Source of the DNA: a virus
Virus record (IMG/VR): IMGVR_UViG_3300009408_000001
Location: 64,001 to 128,000 of that record
Strand: one strand, 5' to 3'
DNA: 64,000 bases
The translations under genes and the position numbers were made by a program. Under the pieces are notes generated by a model. That model was not told the origin of the DNA. It was given only the letters and a program-made list of their open reading frames with translations, and searched no databases. Below, piece after piece: positions 30,754 to 40,673 of this stretch; positions within the stretch are counted from its first letter, which is position 1, and each line of letters begins with the position of its first letter.

Positions 30754-32210
30754 TTACTCAAGGACAGACTGAAAAGGTACGGGCATCATTGCGTAGCTTA
30801 AGTTGGGAATCCGTGGTTATAACCGCCAAAGCTGGAACACCCCTGGATTGCCTTACCCTTGCCATTGGTACTATCCACGAACCGGATGGTGACGAAGATG
30901 AAGCCGGTAATGAAAAAGCCCTATGTGAGGCAAGTAACTGTGGTGACCACGATCTCGAGTTGACAGAAACCGCAGCATGGGTCACCCGTAAGATCTCTGC
31001 AAGCATTAACTATGCGCGTAACACAATCAACCCACTGGTCACCGACGTCGTTGAAGCATGTGAAGACATTCTCGAACTTCGTAACGATACATGGGAGTCC
31101 ACACACGAGATCATCCCGTTTAAGTTGAGTGAGATTTATTTCCATCCAATCTTTAACGTGTTACTGGATGGTACTACTAACACCCGTGCTACAGGTCACG
31201 CAAGTGTACCCGCTACCATCGTATCCCATCTCGAGAAAACGTACTCCGAAGAAGAGATTATGAAATCTCTCCTAACTGGGGATGAGTCATTTGATACACT
31301 CGTTAGGGATGTAAACCAACACGAGTGGTTGATGAACCTCTCGGGTAGTCGGAACATGACGTCCAACAGTGGGATGTTATCCCCTATTGAACTGAATCGG
31401 CTGTTATTCCGTTTCTTGATATTGGTAGCCATGCGGTCTGGTAAATTGGAAGGCTTCAGTACTCGTGGTTTATCCAATGCAGAGAACTTAGGTTTGGGTA
31501 AAGCGGTTACGTCTATGGGTCACCAACTTAAGGCCCAACTAACCCGCTACCAAGCGATGATCGAGTCGGATACACACTTCATTGCCTCTGTGGAGTATAG
31601 ACGGATCTACGTAAACGAGCGCTCTTACGGCAAGTGGTTGAAAGCAGGTGGTTCTGCTGACAGTATCCTAGGGTTCCTCGATAAGCAGGGCTTAAATGAC
31701 CGTGATCGGGTTAACCTGGTAAATACCGGGACATGGAAAGCATATAGTGAACTCCTCTACAAGTCGCTCAGTGAGCCAGGTGGTTGTCCATTCGCTAAGT
31801 ACCTGTTACGGAAACATCGTACTACCCAGACAGTGAACGCAGGTAAGACCTGTAAGAATGTGGATAAGGCGATCCATGGGATGGTACTCGAGTTCATTCG
31901 CAACCACTACGCTGAAGGAACAGACCCCCGCACTACTCTGGTAACCAAAGCGAATGCCGCATTGGAACACGGTGGTTATCGGGCATCGTATGACATTGAA
32001 TTGTACGTCTTAGGTAAAGTATGTAAGATCCTGTCTGTGGACCAGAACGACGCTTACGCCATCCTACTGAGCATTCGGGAATACATGCAAGCCAACAAGG
32101 AAGCAACCGTACAGGACGCCGCTATTGTTGCAACACTTAACCTGTACTACAACTGGGCCGTAAGCCAACTTGAATGCACCGTCGTTCGTAATGACAACGA
32201 GTTGTACTAA
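30750..32210 (+). CDS. Conserved hypothetical protein (phiKZ gp177-like position)
   Basis: Coupled start at 30750; INYARNTINPLV block; synteny. Confidence 0.75.
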   Translation: MITQGQTEKVRASLRSLSWESVVITAKAGTPLDCLTLAIGTIHEPDGDEDEAGNEKALCEASNCGDHDLELTETAAWVTRKISASINYARNTINPLVTDVVEACEDILELRNDTWESTHEIIPFKLSEIYFHPIFNVLLDGTTNTRATGHASVPATIVSHLEKTYSEEEIMKSLLTGDESFDTLVRDVNQHEWLMNLSGSRNMTSNSGMLSPIELNRLLFRFLILVAMRSGKLEGFSTRGLSNAENLGLGKAVTSMGHQLKAQLTRYQAMIESDTHFIASVEYRRIYVNERSYGKWLKAGGSADSILGFLDKQGLNDRDRVNLVNTGTWKAYSELLYKSLSEPGGCPFAKYLLRKHRTTQTVNAGKTCKNVDKAIHGMVLEFIRNHYAEGTDPRTTLVTKANAALEHGGYRASYDIELYVLGKVCKILSVDQNDAYAILLSIREYMQANKEATVQDAAIVATLNLYYNWAVSQLECTVVRNDNELY

Positions 32211-32929
32211 TGGACGTATCTGTTCTCAAAAGAGATCCCGTTGCTGGGGCCAAATGGTTGAAAGCATCTGGGGACCAGTACGTAGCTACTGTTGACCTGG
32301 ATGTGTATCTTCCTAAGTCCTGGATGTCCGGGGCTTTGGCGAATGCAGGTGAGACCATTACCAGTCTCGCAGTATTCGCTATTGTGGTGGGTAACAAGTA
32401 CGTTTCTTCTGTTTCGTGCTGTAACCTTAACTTTGTACCAGATACAACGTCGGAGATCATGATAGATGATGTTCCTTATCTAGAGCTGCACTATGAGAAA
32501 GGGTCTGCGATTACGACGACCAGTGAGTCGGTTAAGAATGCGCCCATCCTCTTTAACATCTACGATGAGTTTACAGCTAAGGGTAAGAAGCCGTGGTACA
32601 TCGACGGCATTGACGAGGCGAGAATGATGGATACCGCGAGTTATCATGCTGGTGCTACACCGGGTGCTAACCGTGCCATTTTAGAAATGATGGTTGCTTC
32701 TCGTTACCGGATGGCCGGTGATCGAAGTAAGTATTATAAGGAAGGATTTAAAACACAGAAAGAGTACGACGCGGCCATACCCGACGTTATCCCAGCAAGG
32801 TCTGTTACCTACGGGGCGACCAATACCTCAGCTAGGTTAATGGGGTCATATACATCGGATGCCATGAACGCGTCACTTGTCAATCCCAGTGAGAACCTCG
32901 AATCAATAGAGGAACTCCTATTCAGTTAG
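32210..32929 (+). CDS. Conserved hypothetical protein (phiKZ gp176-like position)
   Basis: TAATG coupling; SVTYGATNTSARLMGSY motif; lies upstream of the protease. Confidence 0.75.
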   Translation: MDVSVLKRDPVAGAKWLKASGDQYVATVDLDVYLPKSWMSGALANAGETITSLAVFAIVVGNKYVSSVSCCNLNFVPDTTSEIMIDDVPYLELHYEKGSAITTTSESVKNAPILFNIYDEFTAKGKKPWYIDGIDEARMMDTASYHAGATPGANRAILEMMVASRYRMAGDRSKYYKEGFKTQKEYDAAIPDVIPARSVTYGATNTSARLMGSYTSDAMNASLVNPSENLESIEELLFS

Positions 32930-32938
32930 AGGTGTAAC

Positions 32939-33757
32939 ATGATGAAGTCGAACAGCGGAAGGGGTACCCTTTCCTTGAAGGTTGCTGCTAAACCCAGTCT
33001 CACATACGAGTGCTTGGTTATACATGACCCGTCTAAAAAGAAGAAGTTGAAGAAGTCCAAGGACGGGTGGTACGAAGTCATCGCAGGTGCGTTTAACACC
33101 CCGTCGTATAAAGGCATGGTGTATCCACTTACCCCCATGGTTCGTGACCAGTACACGGGTGACAACGCAATGACCCGCGCGTTGTCAAAGCGGCAATTGT
33201 ACGGCGAAATGGGACACCCTACTCCATTACCTGGACAAAGTATGTTGGACTTTATGGCACGGGTTGCTGTGGTGAACGAAAAGAACTGGGCTACCGTGTA
33301 TCGGAAGCATTCGTTTAAAGAAGCCACCAGTGACACTGGTAAACCATATATCCTTTCTGTGGTGGAGGTCAAACCTTTCGGTACCCATAAAAACGTGGTG
33401 GAGGAGAGTTTCAATGACCCTTCTATAAACTCGGCACTGTCCATGCGCTGTATTACCGATTACCCGGCCATGCGAAATGGTCAGTGGGAGAAAGATATAA
33501 CCAGCCATGTCACTTGGGACTTCGTAGGGGAACAAGGTATGCCGGATGCATGTAAGTACCTGACTCCCTCTATGGAGAGTCTGAGTAGTCCGGTTGTGTT
33601 CACACAAGAAAACACCAATGCTCGTCAGTTAAGTCTGGATGACTACGTTGGTATGGAGTCTTTGGGAACAGGGGTTGAACGCATCCTAACGGACGCGGGG
33701 TGGTTAACCGTGGTTGAACCTACCCGCGTACAACGAAAGGGGTTTTTGTCACTGTGA
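32939..33757 (+). CDS. Prohead maturation protease (phiKZ gp175-like)
   Basis: LYGEMGHP (catalytic His), ALSMRC (Ser) and VTWDFVGEQG (Asp); synteny. Confidence 0.9.
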   Translation: MMKSNSGRGTLSLKVAAKPSLTYECLVIHDPSKKKKLKKSKDGWYEVIAGAFNTPSYKGMVYPLTPMVRDQYTGDNAMTRALSKRQLYGEMGHPTPLPGQSMLDFMARVAVVNEKNWATVYRKHSFKEATSDTGKPYILSVVEVKPFGTHKNVVEESFNDPSINSALSMRCITDYPAMRNGQWEKDITSHVTWDFVGEQGMPDACKYLTPSMESLSSPVVFTQENTNARQLSLDDYVGMESLGTGVERILTDAGWLTVVEPTRVQRKGFLSL

Positions 33758-34131
33758 AAAAATGGTCTGCACTTGCCATGCCCGTGTTACACGGGCGGTC
33801 AGAAGGTTGGACTTACGGACTGCACGTAGGTAAAGTGTGTACGGTACACAGCAATGGGGACGAGACGGTTCTTCGTTGGCTGGACATCGCAGAGGAGATC
33901 GTGTACGCATTCGAATCGGAATACTGTCTTAAGTGCGTCTGTACAGATGGGACGGTGTATACGGTCATTGATGGGAAAATTGTCAACATAGCTGTACCGG
34001 AGTGTGGAGAGGTTGTACACTACGCGAGTAACACACCTGGGTGTCCCTTTTGGGAGACCGAGGAAGGGTGGATGGGATTCTACATTGTAGAACGCAAGAC
34101 AGGGAAGTATCAGATACGATATGTTACATAG
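33754..34131 (+). CDS. Hypothetical protein
   Basis: GTGA overlap with the protease stop. Confidence 0.65.
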   Translation: MKKWSALAMPVLHGRSEGWTYGLHVGKVCTVHSNGDETVLRWLDIAEEIVYAFESEYCLKCVCTDGTVYTVIDGKIVNIAVPECGEVVHYASNTPGCPFWETEEGWMGFYIVERKTGKYQIRYVT

Positions 34132-34132
34132 G

Positions 34133-34160
34133 AGTACCAGGGGCGTATGCCCCTGGTACT
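34133..34160. terminator. 12-bp hairpin
   Basis: AGTACCAGGGGC-GTAT-GCCCCTGGTACT. Confidence 0.7.
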
Positions 34161-34203
34161 TATGCCGTATTTACTAAAACTGGTTTCAATGATTCTTAAA
34201 CAT

Positions 34204-34240
34204 TATATTACCTTAACGATCATAAACAATATTGTTTATG
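34204..34240 (+). promoter_or_regulatory. Early promoter TATATTACC plus 20-bp perfect palindrome
   Basis: TATATTAC at 34204-34211; CATAAACAAT|ATTGTTTATG at 34221-34240. Confidence 0.7.
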
Positions 34241-34280
34241 GCGTCTATCTACTGCTCTTACTGAGCAAAAGGACTTAAAG

Positions 34281-34757
34281 ATGACATACCACATTAACGT
34301 TAAAGAAGTAACCATGTCAACCGAAGAAAAAGAAGAGCTGTTGGAACGGAGGCACACAACGTGGCATTGTACAGGAAACCTGTCGGAGGACAGTAGTGTA
34401 CATCTGGCAAGGGAAGCCTACTTCGCCAAAGGCGGAAATGGGATAGTTGAGTTCACTGTGGAAAACGGTAACCTGGCAATACGTCACCATAGCCTGGACA
34501 CGCCCAACTGTGCCTACCGCATGGTCGGAGGAGCACTCCAATGGTGGGCCCCCTTAAAGGGGGGGTGGGATGAATGCGAGAATGCTTCGGCGTGGCCATT
34601 GTCAGAAATCCCAAAAGATGCATATGGGGACCAGTGGGTTATCCGTACCCGAACCCAAATTCTTGCGGTGCGTGGACTGATATTAAACACCCCTATTCAA
34701 TACGGGGAGACACCAATAGATGCCTGGTGGAAAGCGATCAACACGCTACCATCATGA
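34281..34757 (+). CDS. Hypothetical early protein
   Basis: AAGGA RBS; own promoter and terminator. Confidence 0.75.
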   Translation: MTYHINVKEVTMSTEEKEELLERRHTTWHCTGNLSEDSSVHLAREAYFAKGGNGIVEFTVENGNLAIRHHSLDTPNCAYRMVGGALQWWAPLKGGWDECENASAWPLSEIPKDAYGDQWVIRTRTQILAVRGLILNTPIQYGETPIDAWWKAINTLPS

Positions 34758-34766
34758 TGGTAGATT

Positions 34767-34802
34767 AAAGAAGGAGCCCCATTGCGGGGCTCTTTCTTTT
34801 TT
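34767..34802. terminator. Bidirectional terminator
   Basis: AAAGAAGGAGCCCC-ATTGC-GGGGCTCTTTCTTTTTT. Confidence 0.85.
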
Positions 34803-34903
34803 GTTATTTTCACGACTTAACCTATATCACCCGTATAAGGGAAACAGCATGTACAACCCATTTAAGTCACGCTCCACTGGGCCGTTAGATCACGACTAAT
34901 TAA

Positions 34904-34916
34904 AAACCATATTACC
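34904..34916 (+). promoter_or_regulatory. Early-type promoter AAACCATATTACC
   Basis: Identical 13-mer at 39842 and 58404. Confidence 0.7.
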
Positions 34917-34966
34917 TAAGTGATCTCAAGTACATTACTTAGATCACAACACAATAACTACGCTCA

Positions 34967-35266
34967 ATGAGCACGGAGTATGACATGTTTAAACAAGATT
35001 ATCCACAGATTACACAGTTGCCGGAGCACGTCGACGCACTGGAGCGGGCTCAGGCACTGACAACCCTAAAGTGTGCCTACCAGTCCATTGCCATTCGTGC
35101 GAAATCCGGGGATATTGACAGCAGATACATTAAGTCCTGTAGGAATATCCTTAACACGTTTGGAGATGAGGACACTGGGGAGTGTTACCCCTTTGCCGAT
35201 GAGATAACAACCACTGACTTAACTGCACTCGCAGAGGTGTGGTACGACCTGTGTTTAAAAATGTAA
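34967..35266 (+). CDS. Hypothetical protein
   Basis: Follows the promoter; protein-like. Confidence 0.7.
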   Translation: MSTEYDMFKQDYPQITQLPEHVDALERAQALTTLKCAYQSIAIRAKSGDIDSRYIKSCRNILNTFGDEDTGECYPFADEITTTDLTALAEVWYDLCLKM

Positions 35267-35280
35267 TTGGAGAATCGAGT

Positions 35281-35901
35281 ATGAGCACATCCATATTTTT
35301 GAAACTGTGTCGTAAACACCCTGCTGTTATACAAGGACTGTTGGCACCGTACCACCCCGAAACACTGGACATCCGAACGGCGTGCAGTTTTAGATATGTG
35401 TCAGAAGGAACTTGGCATCATGTGAAGTACCCATGTAGTAACGGAATGCACATTCGTCGCGTTCCAGATACTCTGTTCATGGGTGCATTAATCGAAGGAC
35501 CGACCGTTGCGCCACACCTCACCATGACCATATGCGGACAAGTATACCTTGTTTCAAATGAGCCAGAACTCCTGTATACCCCATCTCAGTTTGGTCTGGT
35601 TATCCCGGGTACTGCTAGAGCAGTACCTGTGGGAAAGCACAGTACTGTTGTAACATGGTGCATGGTAGACAGTGAGAACGAGGTGTATTTACATACGTTA
35701 CTCCTGGGTAAACCTGGAGAGAACCACATGTACGCAGGAACCTACCCACTGGGTGAATACATGGAGGGCGGAACTAGCGTACCTACTGTAATTAAACGGG
35801 TGGATGCGGTACACCACGTTATAGTGTCCAACAACGATATCCCATTTATACACCCCGTATCTTCCACCGGGGTACATATAACGAAAGCACATGTTGCATG
35901 A
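35281..35901 (+). CDS. Hypothetical beta-rich protein
   Basis: GGAG RBS before ATG at 35281. Confidence 0.7.
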   Translation: MSTSIFLKLCRKHPAVIQGLLAPYHPETLDIRTACSFRYVSEGTWHHVKYPCSNGMHIRRVPDTLFMGALIEGPTVAPHLTMTICGQVYLVSNEPELLYTPSQFGLVIPGTARAVPVGKHSTVVTWCMVDSENEVYLHTLLLGKPGENHMYAGTYPLGEYMEGGTSVPTVIKRVDAVHHVIVSNNDIPFIHPVSSTGVHITKAHVA

Positions 35902-36122
35902 TGCTCTCTCCAAAGATACACCACGAGGGCAAACTGAAAACCGCTGTTAATTTCCCTGAAACCGGGGAACTCTTCTTACTCACGGGGACAGACGTAGAAC
36001 GCGTAACACACCTTACAGTGAGGAGGGATAAATGACTGATGCATACCGGTACAGGTTGATCGTCGGTAATTGACTAATACTAATCCCTGACGCCGTCAGG
36101 GAACTACACAGGGGAACGGAAC

Positions 36123-36659
36123 ATGCAGAAATTAGCTACGCGCATTAAGAAAGGTGGAGTTGAGCACGCGATTAACAACGAGTATGTCGACATCACTGAC
36201 TGGGAGGGGTATACCCTATCCTGCTATGACGCCATACCCTTCCAGATGCTAGGGCTGTACGAAGCAGAGGATACTATTTACGGGGTCTGCGAAAGTCACG
36301 TGTTTTGTATCTATCCTGAGAAGGATACTACGTACATTCCCATCTGCGATAAACCCACACCTGGCTTCAAAACAGCAGGGGCATATGGTGACAGTAACGG
36401 AGTACTGGTTGTTAAAACAATGCAATATCCTCCAGGTGGTGAATCAATACTGATGTGTCGTATTGCCCCACTAACTGGGAAGAAGACCCGGGAGGAGTAC
36501 GTCTCAACCGTTAACGTCTTCTGGGAGGAGGACATCGTAGATGTTGTAGTGTTTGGAAAAATGCTATTCACCGTGAATGCAACGGGCGTTTCATCTAGCT
36601 ATGAAGTAACCGTTGAACCGACAAAGGACTCCCCGGGGATCCTTGTCAACGTAGGGTAA
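36123..36659 (+). CDS. Hypothetical beta-rich protein
   Basis: GGGG/GGA RBS; ends at a terminator. Confidence 0.7.
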   Translation: MQKLATRIKKGGVEHAINNEYVDITDWEGYTLSCYDAIPFQMLGLYEAEDTIYGVCESHVFCIYPEKDTTYIPICDKPTPGFKTAGAYGDSNGVLVVKTMQYPPGGESILMCRIAPLTGKKTREEYVSTVNVFWEEDIVDVVVFGKMLFTVNATGVSSSYEVTVEPTKDSPGILVNVG

Positions 36660-36672
36660 GTTACACACAGTT

Positions 36673-36706
36673 AAAGAAACAGCCGGTAAAGGCTGTTTCT
36701 TTTTTT
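36673..36706. terminator. Bidirectional terminator
   Basis: AAAGAAACAGCC-GGTAAA-GGCTGTTTCTTT plus T tract. Confidence 0.85.
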
Positions 36707-36757
36707 GCCCTTCAACCGTATCGTGTATAGGAAGAACTTAAACGGAGAACACCACAC

Positions 36758-39277
36758 ATGCGCATCATCGCCATGGAGCTTATAAAGTACGATCGGTTAG
36801 CACTATCAGGAATAGACCATCTACGCTGGGTTATCACGAGCCCACTGCAACTCATCATTGGATCTAACTCATCAGGTAAGACCTCTGTAATGGAGATGAC
36901 AAACCCACTTCCCGCTAAGAAGGAAGATTTCCGAGAAGGAGGTGGTAAGAAGATATGGATTGAACACCAAGGGAAATATTACTACCTATCCTCAATATTG
37001 TCCCGTTCAATGGTACACAGTTGCGTCTGTTTAGGGGACGAGTTCGATCCACTTGATGACGAGTCAGGGGAAGAGCTAAATGGGTCTGGAATTAGTACAG
37101 TGCAGTCCGAGTTAGCCGAGCGTATCTTTGGATACACACCTTGGTTACACAAGTTACTTACCGGGAAAGTGAAGTTCACATCCTCCAGTACTGGTATGCG
37201 TGAGGAAATACTGGCTAAGGTAAGTGACCTTGACATGCGGTATGCACAGGGCGTATACGACAAGTTAAAAACAACACGGCGTGACTTGATGGGTGCTCTT
37301 AAGCACTGTAACACAAAACGCGAGAATCAAGCATCTGCATTAATGGTACTGGGTGACCTTAAGTCAGAGATTGCAGAATCTGTGGTACTGGAGAGTGGGC
37401 TAAAGGAATTATTTCCACTTACGATCAACACGGACCCAGAAGTGGAAGGGAAACGGTTGTCTTACAACCAAGCGGTTTCCAGTCTAGCGGGTGAGATTGA
37501 GGCATGTAAGAAATTGGCTGTTGCTGGGGATACCCTGGGACATCCGGATATGGACAGTGTCAAGAGTGAACTGGATATGACAGATAAGGTTATCCACACT
37601 ACAGACGGGTTCATCAAGCATCGTTTAAATGAGTTGGCAGAAATACGGAAGCTTAAGTCACGAATAGAAGAAGGCGAAAACGCGTGTAAGCACGAAGACG
37701 GAACGGATGGTTCCTCAGAAGACCTAGAGGCGGTGCTAACGGAACGAAAGGCCAAACTTGTTGCAATGCCTTGTCCAGTTACTGCAACGTACGAGGGAGA
37801 GCTACAGGGGGTCGTTAAAGAACTCGGCCAGTTTGTATACGGTATGCAAAGTCGAGTCAATGTGTCAATCGGGGTGGAGAGTGTCTGTACCAGAGAGGAG
37901 TACGATGCATCTCGAGTGGAATACCAGTCCTATAACATGGCGTTACAGGAGAACACCTCTAAGTTGGATACTGCAAATGGGTACATTACAGAATACCTGG
38001 CGCTTGGTAAGCAGGCAAAGGAATGTGGGTCCTGTGGTACCCTGGTTCAGTTTGATGAACGGGGTAGTGAAGCCTCTGTAAACCGAATCCGTGCTAAGAA
38101 ACGCATTCTGGAAAAGGAACACGACCGCATTAAAGCTTCAATGAGTGACTTAAAGAAAGTGGGAACTGCGCGTGGAGAATACATGCAGTATCACACCCGA
38201 ATACATTTAGCTATGAAAGAAGCGTATCGGTTACATCCACTCTGGTCCATGATGGACGGGGGAATCGAATGGTGTGTAACAAACCACGTTGCGTTTCTTG
38301 AGAAGTGTCGTGTTGAAATCCGTAACCTGGAACTGGTTATTTCGTACAGGGAAGTAGAAACGTCCGTCAAGGCGTTAGAAGACACCATAGCGCTTAGAAA
38401 GATCGCAGGAGATGGAAAGACCGCAGTACGGGAGAAGAAGCTCTCTGTCGAACTAGAGGGGCACTATGCTGCAAGAGATACTCTTTTAGCAAGACGTGCT
38501 AAACTTACCACCGTGTTATCTGACTACACTGCGTTTGCTAACAAGATGAATACTGTAGAGAAAGGAGCCTCTATGGTGGCTACCTTGTTTGCGGCCTACA
38601 CAAATGCAATAGCACACACTGAGGTTGGGAATGCGGTTAAACAAAAACAACGGCGGTTGTCTACCATCATGTCGTCAGTGAGTGAAAGAGACATTGTAGG
38701 AAGGAACGTACAAGAGCTAACAGATGAACAGCGTACCCTGGCGGACCGCATAAAGCACGTTGATAAACTGATGGAAACCCTTTCCCCTAAACACGGGTTA
38801 ATCGGTGAAAAGATGTCTACCTTCGTGGATGGCTTCATGGAACAGGTCAGCGCTGTTATATCTAGGGTGTGGTCCTTCCCAATGGAAATTGGAAAGTGTA
38901 ACATGGAAGAAGGTGGCATGACTTACGTATTTCCCATTGTAAGTGCCAGTCGTGTTGTAAAGGATGTGGGTAAGGGGTCAGAGGGGCAAAAGGAGATTAT
39001 TAACTTTGCATTTACTCTAGTTCTAATGCAATACATGGGCCTTGATGACTACCCTATCTACATTGATGAATTGGGACCCACCTTCGATGAAGTACACAAG
39101 GGAAAGCTAATAGATTACATCATCCACATGATCGATGAAAGAGAGGTGAGTCAGATGTTCATGATAAACCACTTCAGTAGTTTCTACGGTGGACTGACAC
39201 ATAAAGAGACATTGGTGCTAAGTGAAACCAACGTCGTATTGCCTCACGTATATAACGAAGGTGTCACATTCAAGTGA
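36758..39277 (+). CDS. sbcC: SbcC/Rad50-like SMC ATPase (phiKZ gp165-like)
   Basis: Walker A GSNSSGKTS, zinc hook CGSC, signature GSEGQ, Walker B IYIDE, and long coiled coils. Confidence 0.9.
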   Translation: MRIIAMELIKYDRLALSGIDHLRWVITSPLQLIIGSNSSGKTSVMEMTNPLPAKKEDFREGGGKKIWIEHQGKYYYLSSILSRSMVHSCVCLGDEFDPLDDESGEELNGSGISTVQSELAERIFGYTPWLHKLLTGKVKFTSSSTGMREEILAKVSDLDMRYAQGVYDKLKTTRRDLMGALKHCNTKRENQASALMVLGDLKSEIAESVVLESGLKELFPLTINTDPEVEGKRLSYNQAVSSLAGEIEACKKLAVAGDTLGHPDMDSVKSELDMTDKVIHTTDGFIKHRLNELAEIRKLKSRIEEGENACKHEDGTDGSSEDLEAVLTERKAKLVAMPCPVTATYEGELQGVVKELGQFVYGMQSRVNVSIGVESVCTREEYDASRVEYQSYNMALQENTSKLDTANGYITEYLALGKQAKECGSCGTLVQFDERGSEASVNRIRAKKRILEKEHDRIKASMSDLKKVGTARGEYMQYHTRIHLAMKEAYRLHPLWSMMDGGIEWCVTNHVAFLEKCRVEIRNLELVISYREVETSVKALEDTIALRKIAGDGKTAVREKKLSVELEGHYAARDTLLARRAKLTTVLSDYTAFANKMNTVEKGASMVATLFAAYTNAIAHTEVGNAVKQKQRRLSTIMSSVSERDIVGRNVQELTDEQRTLADRIKHVDKLMETLSPKHGLIGEKMSTFVDGFMEQVSAVISRVWSFPMEIGKCNMEEGGMTYVFPIVSASRVVKDVGKGSEGQKEIINFAFTLVLMQYMGLDDYPIYIDELGPTFDEVHKGKLIDYIIHMIDEREVSQMFMINHFSSFYGGLTHKETLVLSETNVVLPHVYNEGVTFK

Positions 39278-39292
39278 CACAGGAGAAACAAG

Positions 39293-39820
39293 ATGTTTGA
39301 AACAGAAATTGTAGACTTGGTAACGTACCACAAATTTACTGGGATATGGGCACTTATCCTTCACCTTATTGCGATATGCATCGGTTGGATTGTCTCCGGG
39401 GGTGTCGTAGATGCACGATTCGACAATCGAAAGATCCTACTGGCAAGTTGTACATACTTCCTATTTGTAACAGGGTACATGTACGCGGTTCCTGGCAACC
39501 TATACAGTGCCACGCTACCGACCTTGTTGGTGTGTGCTGCACTTATCCCATCCTACGTGGTGCGAGTGTCTCCTGGTAGAAGGGTATTCCTAGAGGAAGT
39601 GAAGTTACGGAATAACTTTTCGGCAGTACTGCTTGCACTTGTTGTGATCTACGTCATTGGGATGGAGTTCTTTACCCCACTTAGTTACAAGGAAAGTATT
39701 CCCAGTATGATCGCAGTTGTAATGTTACTCATCGGGATTGTTACATCTCGATTAGGTCAACGGTTATTAGTAGAGTGGCACCGCCTTATTGTCGTGGATA
39801 AGGTTACACCTCCCGAGTAA
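39293..39820 (+). CDS. Integral membrane protein (about 5 TM helices)
   Basis: AGGAG RBS; five hydrophobic segments. Confidence 0.75.
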   Translation: MFETEIVDLVTYHKFTGIWALILHLIAICIGWIVSGGVVDARFDNRKILLASCTYFLFVTGYMYAVPGNLYSATLPTLLVCAALIPSYVVRVSPGRRVFLEEVKLRNNFSAVLLALVVIYVIGMEFFTPLSYKESIPSMIAVVMLLIGIVTSRLGQRLLVEWHRLIVVDKVTPPE

Positions 39821-39841
39821 ACCCGTTCCACGTACATTTAA

Positions 39842-39854
39842 AAACCATATTACC
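39842..39854 (+). promoter_or_regulatory. Early-type promoter AAACCATATTACC
   Basis: Same 13-mer as 34904; followed by a GTGAC...GTCAC hairpin. Confidence 0.7.
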
Positions 39855-39894
39855 TTAGTGACACTACACCCGTAATGTCACAACTACGGAGCCA

Positions 39895-40296
39895 ATGGCA
39901 ATGAATAAGAAAGCGATACAGGGTATGGTAAAAGCAATTAAGACCGACATGTCTGTCGTGGATGGAAACATTACAGGTGGGGAGGACCTGTTCTATTCTC
40001 TCGCGCCAGATGGAGTTACCAAGGAATCCACCGAGGCCCACATGGACCACATAACCCTATACTCTGCCGCTACATTACAAGCGGTTGCAGAGTACGCGAG
40101 TGAAAACCCCGTTGACAATCCGAGTACCATTTGTGGGGAGTTCGCACTGGCACACGGGTTAGACACGAACGTTGTACTCACCCGGGTTGAGGGTGGTTAC
40201 GATCCAATGTTGGAGGTGAAAGTTGGGTTCTGTGACCAAGCGCAAATCGCATATGAAAATGCGTTGCAATGGGTGGAGGACAACTTAGATGAGTGA
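39895..40296 (+). CDS. Hypothetical acidic protein
   Basis: GGAG RBS, downstream of the promoter. Confidence 0.75.
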   Translation: MAMNKKAIQGMVKAIKTDMSVVDGNITGGEDLFYSLAPDGVTKESTEAHMDHITLYSAATLQAVAEYASENPVDNPSTICGEFALAHGLDTNVVLTRVEGGYDPMLEVKVGFCDQAQIAYENALQWVEDNLDE

Positions 40297-40561
40297 TCTT
40301 GAAGTGGGTGCGGATGTGGGTGAGGATGAATATGAAGAGGACGAGCTCCGACAGGGTCTAATAGACGATGCGGAGGAATGGAACAACGGGTGACCGTGTG
40401 TTACCCACTCGGGTGGCCACCTTTGCCGGAATAACGGCACCATTTCGCCACATGACTCGACGCTAACTACTGGGTGGATGAAGAGGGCGAAGTACAATGT
40501 GACGCAGGTGAAGGTCCCTTCAGCCCGGGGATTCTAAACCTGTAGTAAGTAACATAAGCTG

Positions 40562-40673
40562 GAGGCCCTTCACGGGGCCTCTTTCTTTTTGCCGTTTCAG
40601 TCATTATTAAGAACCACATTACCTTACTGATAACACGTCCGTGTTATTTAATCCATTTGGAGATTTAAAGATG
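40562..40673 (+). repeat. Regulatory cassette copy A (terminator + promoter + palindrome + RBS)
   Basis: GAGGCCCTTCACGGGGCCTC-T tract ... CATTATTAAGAACCACATTACCTTACTG-ATAACACGTCCGTGTTAT-TTAATCCATTTGGAGATTTAAAG-ATG. Confidence 0.9.

Noticed and set aside
40378-40546. Possible decayed gene (MEQRVTVC...E*RHHFAT*LDANYWVDEEG...)
   Set aside because: A strong RBS but two in-frame stops and no recognisable homology; cannot be distinguished from tiny ORFs or chance.
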